In this document: positions 33,616 to 34,261 of the stretch, one piece after another
Numbering within the stretch: position 1 is the first letter of the stretch
Layout: each line of letters starts with the position of its first letter
DNA from: an uncultured virus (IMG/VR IMGVR_UViG_3300034152_000554)
Lineage: Duplodnaviria; Heunggongvirae; Uroviricota; Caudoviricetes
Length of the DNA stretch: 34,261 nt
Strand: one strand, 5' to 3'
IMG/VR virus record: IMGVR_UViG_3300034152_000554
The notes under the pieces: generated by a model
The model's database searches: none
What the model was told of the DNA's origin: nothing
The model's input: the letters and a program-made list of their open reading frames with translations, nothing else
Position numbers and translations under genes: made by a program

Positions 33616-33963
33616 ATGAAGAAGCCTGATTTGAATATTGACTGGACGTTTGAAATCAAAGTCAAGCTGGGCGAGGGGGCACATCGTTGCCGTTCTGGCT
33701 ATCGAGGTATACCTAGGCGTTTACGCTTTCAGCAAGGAACAAAGCGGAGCCGGTTTTTCTATGTGATTGAACAGTTGGCAGGCCGTTATTCTGCATGTCG
33801 GCGCTCTGAGTTTTATTATCTGATCTGGAATACGCTCGAAAAACTTGAAGAGGATGATTACTTTTTTGCAGTGACCGATAACTCAGGAAAAGATCATTAT
33901 GATGATCCAATCCTTCGCTCCTATGATCCAGCAGATACAAGTCCTTTTGAAATTTCCTGGTAG
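33616..33963 (+). CDS. hypothetical protein
   Basis: GAGG upstream; 115 aa. Confidence 0.65.
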   Translation: MKKPDLNIDWTFEIKVKLGEGAHRCRSGYRGIPRRLRFQQGTKRSRFFYVIEQLAGRYSACRRSEFYYLIWNTLEKLEEDDYFFAVTDNSGKDHYDDPILRSYDPADTSPFEISW

Positions 33964-33974
33964 AGGTTATTGAC

Positions 33975-34261
33975 ATGAATGAGTTTAATTTTGATACCCG
34001 TCAGCGTCGCACTTACCAGCTTGGAGTTATTTATCTGGTATTTGAAGAATACCCTGACATGCGCTATATCGAGTCTTTCTCCGATCCTGATTTAATGAAG
34101 CTGGTAGCACGAATTGTTCAGATAAAGAAACACGACGATCTTGCATGGGATTCGTCAATTTTTGATTGTAATTCCAGGACATCTAAAGACAAGAATCAGA
34201 TTAGAAAGTATATCAGGATTGTTGATTTTGCCCTTGATGTATTCGAGAATCCTGATGACTG
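33975..34261 (+). CDS. hypothetical protein (runs off the window end)
   Basis: GAGG RBS; frame open from ATG 33975 (MNEFNFDTRQRR...) to the end of the window. Confidence 0.65.
   Translation, partial: MNEFNFDTRQRRTYQLGVIYLVFEEYPDMRYIESFSDPDLMKLVARIVQIKKHDDLAWDSSIFDCNSRTSKDKNQIRKYIRIVDFALDVFENPDD

Larger units (their letters stand above)
1..34261. mobile_element. segment of a phage/prophage or phage-plasmid replication/early region, probably cyanobacterial
   Basis: Co-oriented, tightly coupled small ORFs with DarB-like, DUF932-like, dcd, exonuclease, clamp, RuvC, primase-helicase, a repressor and two PG hydrolases. No housekeeping operons. Confidence 0.8.

Noticed and set aside
1..34261. tRNA, rRNA, integrase, transposase or virion structural genes
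   Set aside because: None were recognisable, so phage versus plasmid versus ICE cannot be settled from this window.

Overview
A gene-dense, almost entirely + strand segment of a large mobile replicon: phage, prophage or phage-plasmid, probably from a cyanobacterium. The host guess is inferred from the Dcd, GH104 muramidase, M15 peptidase N-terminus and TOPRIM/DUF3854-like primase-helicase. No capsid, terminase, integrase, T4SS, rRNA, tRNA or CRISPR array was recognised. Recognisable genes are a degenerate FtsK-like protein, a lambda-type muramidase, a 1809-aa DarB-like N6-adenine methyltransferase/SNF2 helicase, a DUF932-like protein with an Asp/Trp tail, dCTP deaminase, a PD-(D/E)XK exonuclease, an XRE-type repressor (the only credible minus-strand gene), an SF2 helicase, a divergent beta sliding clamp, a RuvC-like resolvase, an RHH protein, a 1897-aa Zn-finger/TOPRIM/Fe-S SF2 primase-helicase and an M15A peptidase, among many small hypothetical genes. 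The most striking signals are non-coding. (1) A 15-bp Fur-box-like palindrome, TGATAA-N4-TATCA, occurs at five promoter regions. (2) A 39-bp origin-like element occurs twice, once intergenic and once inside the 3' end of the primase-helicase gene. (3) A 17-bp motif TCTnAATTCCCTTCGGG recurs in four intergenic gaps, three at a near-fixed distance from start codons. (4) An exact 57-bp copy of the DarB helicase motif VI coding sequence forms the end of an unrelated small gene. All calls come from reading the sequence by eye; no database searches were run.
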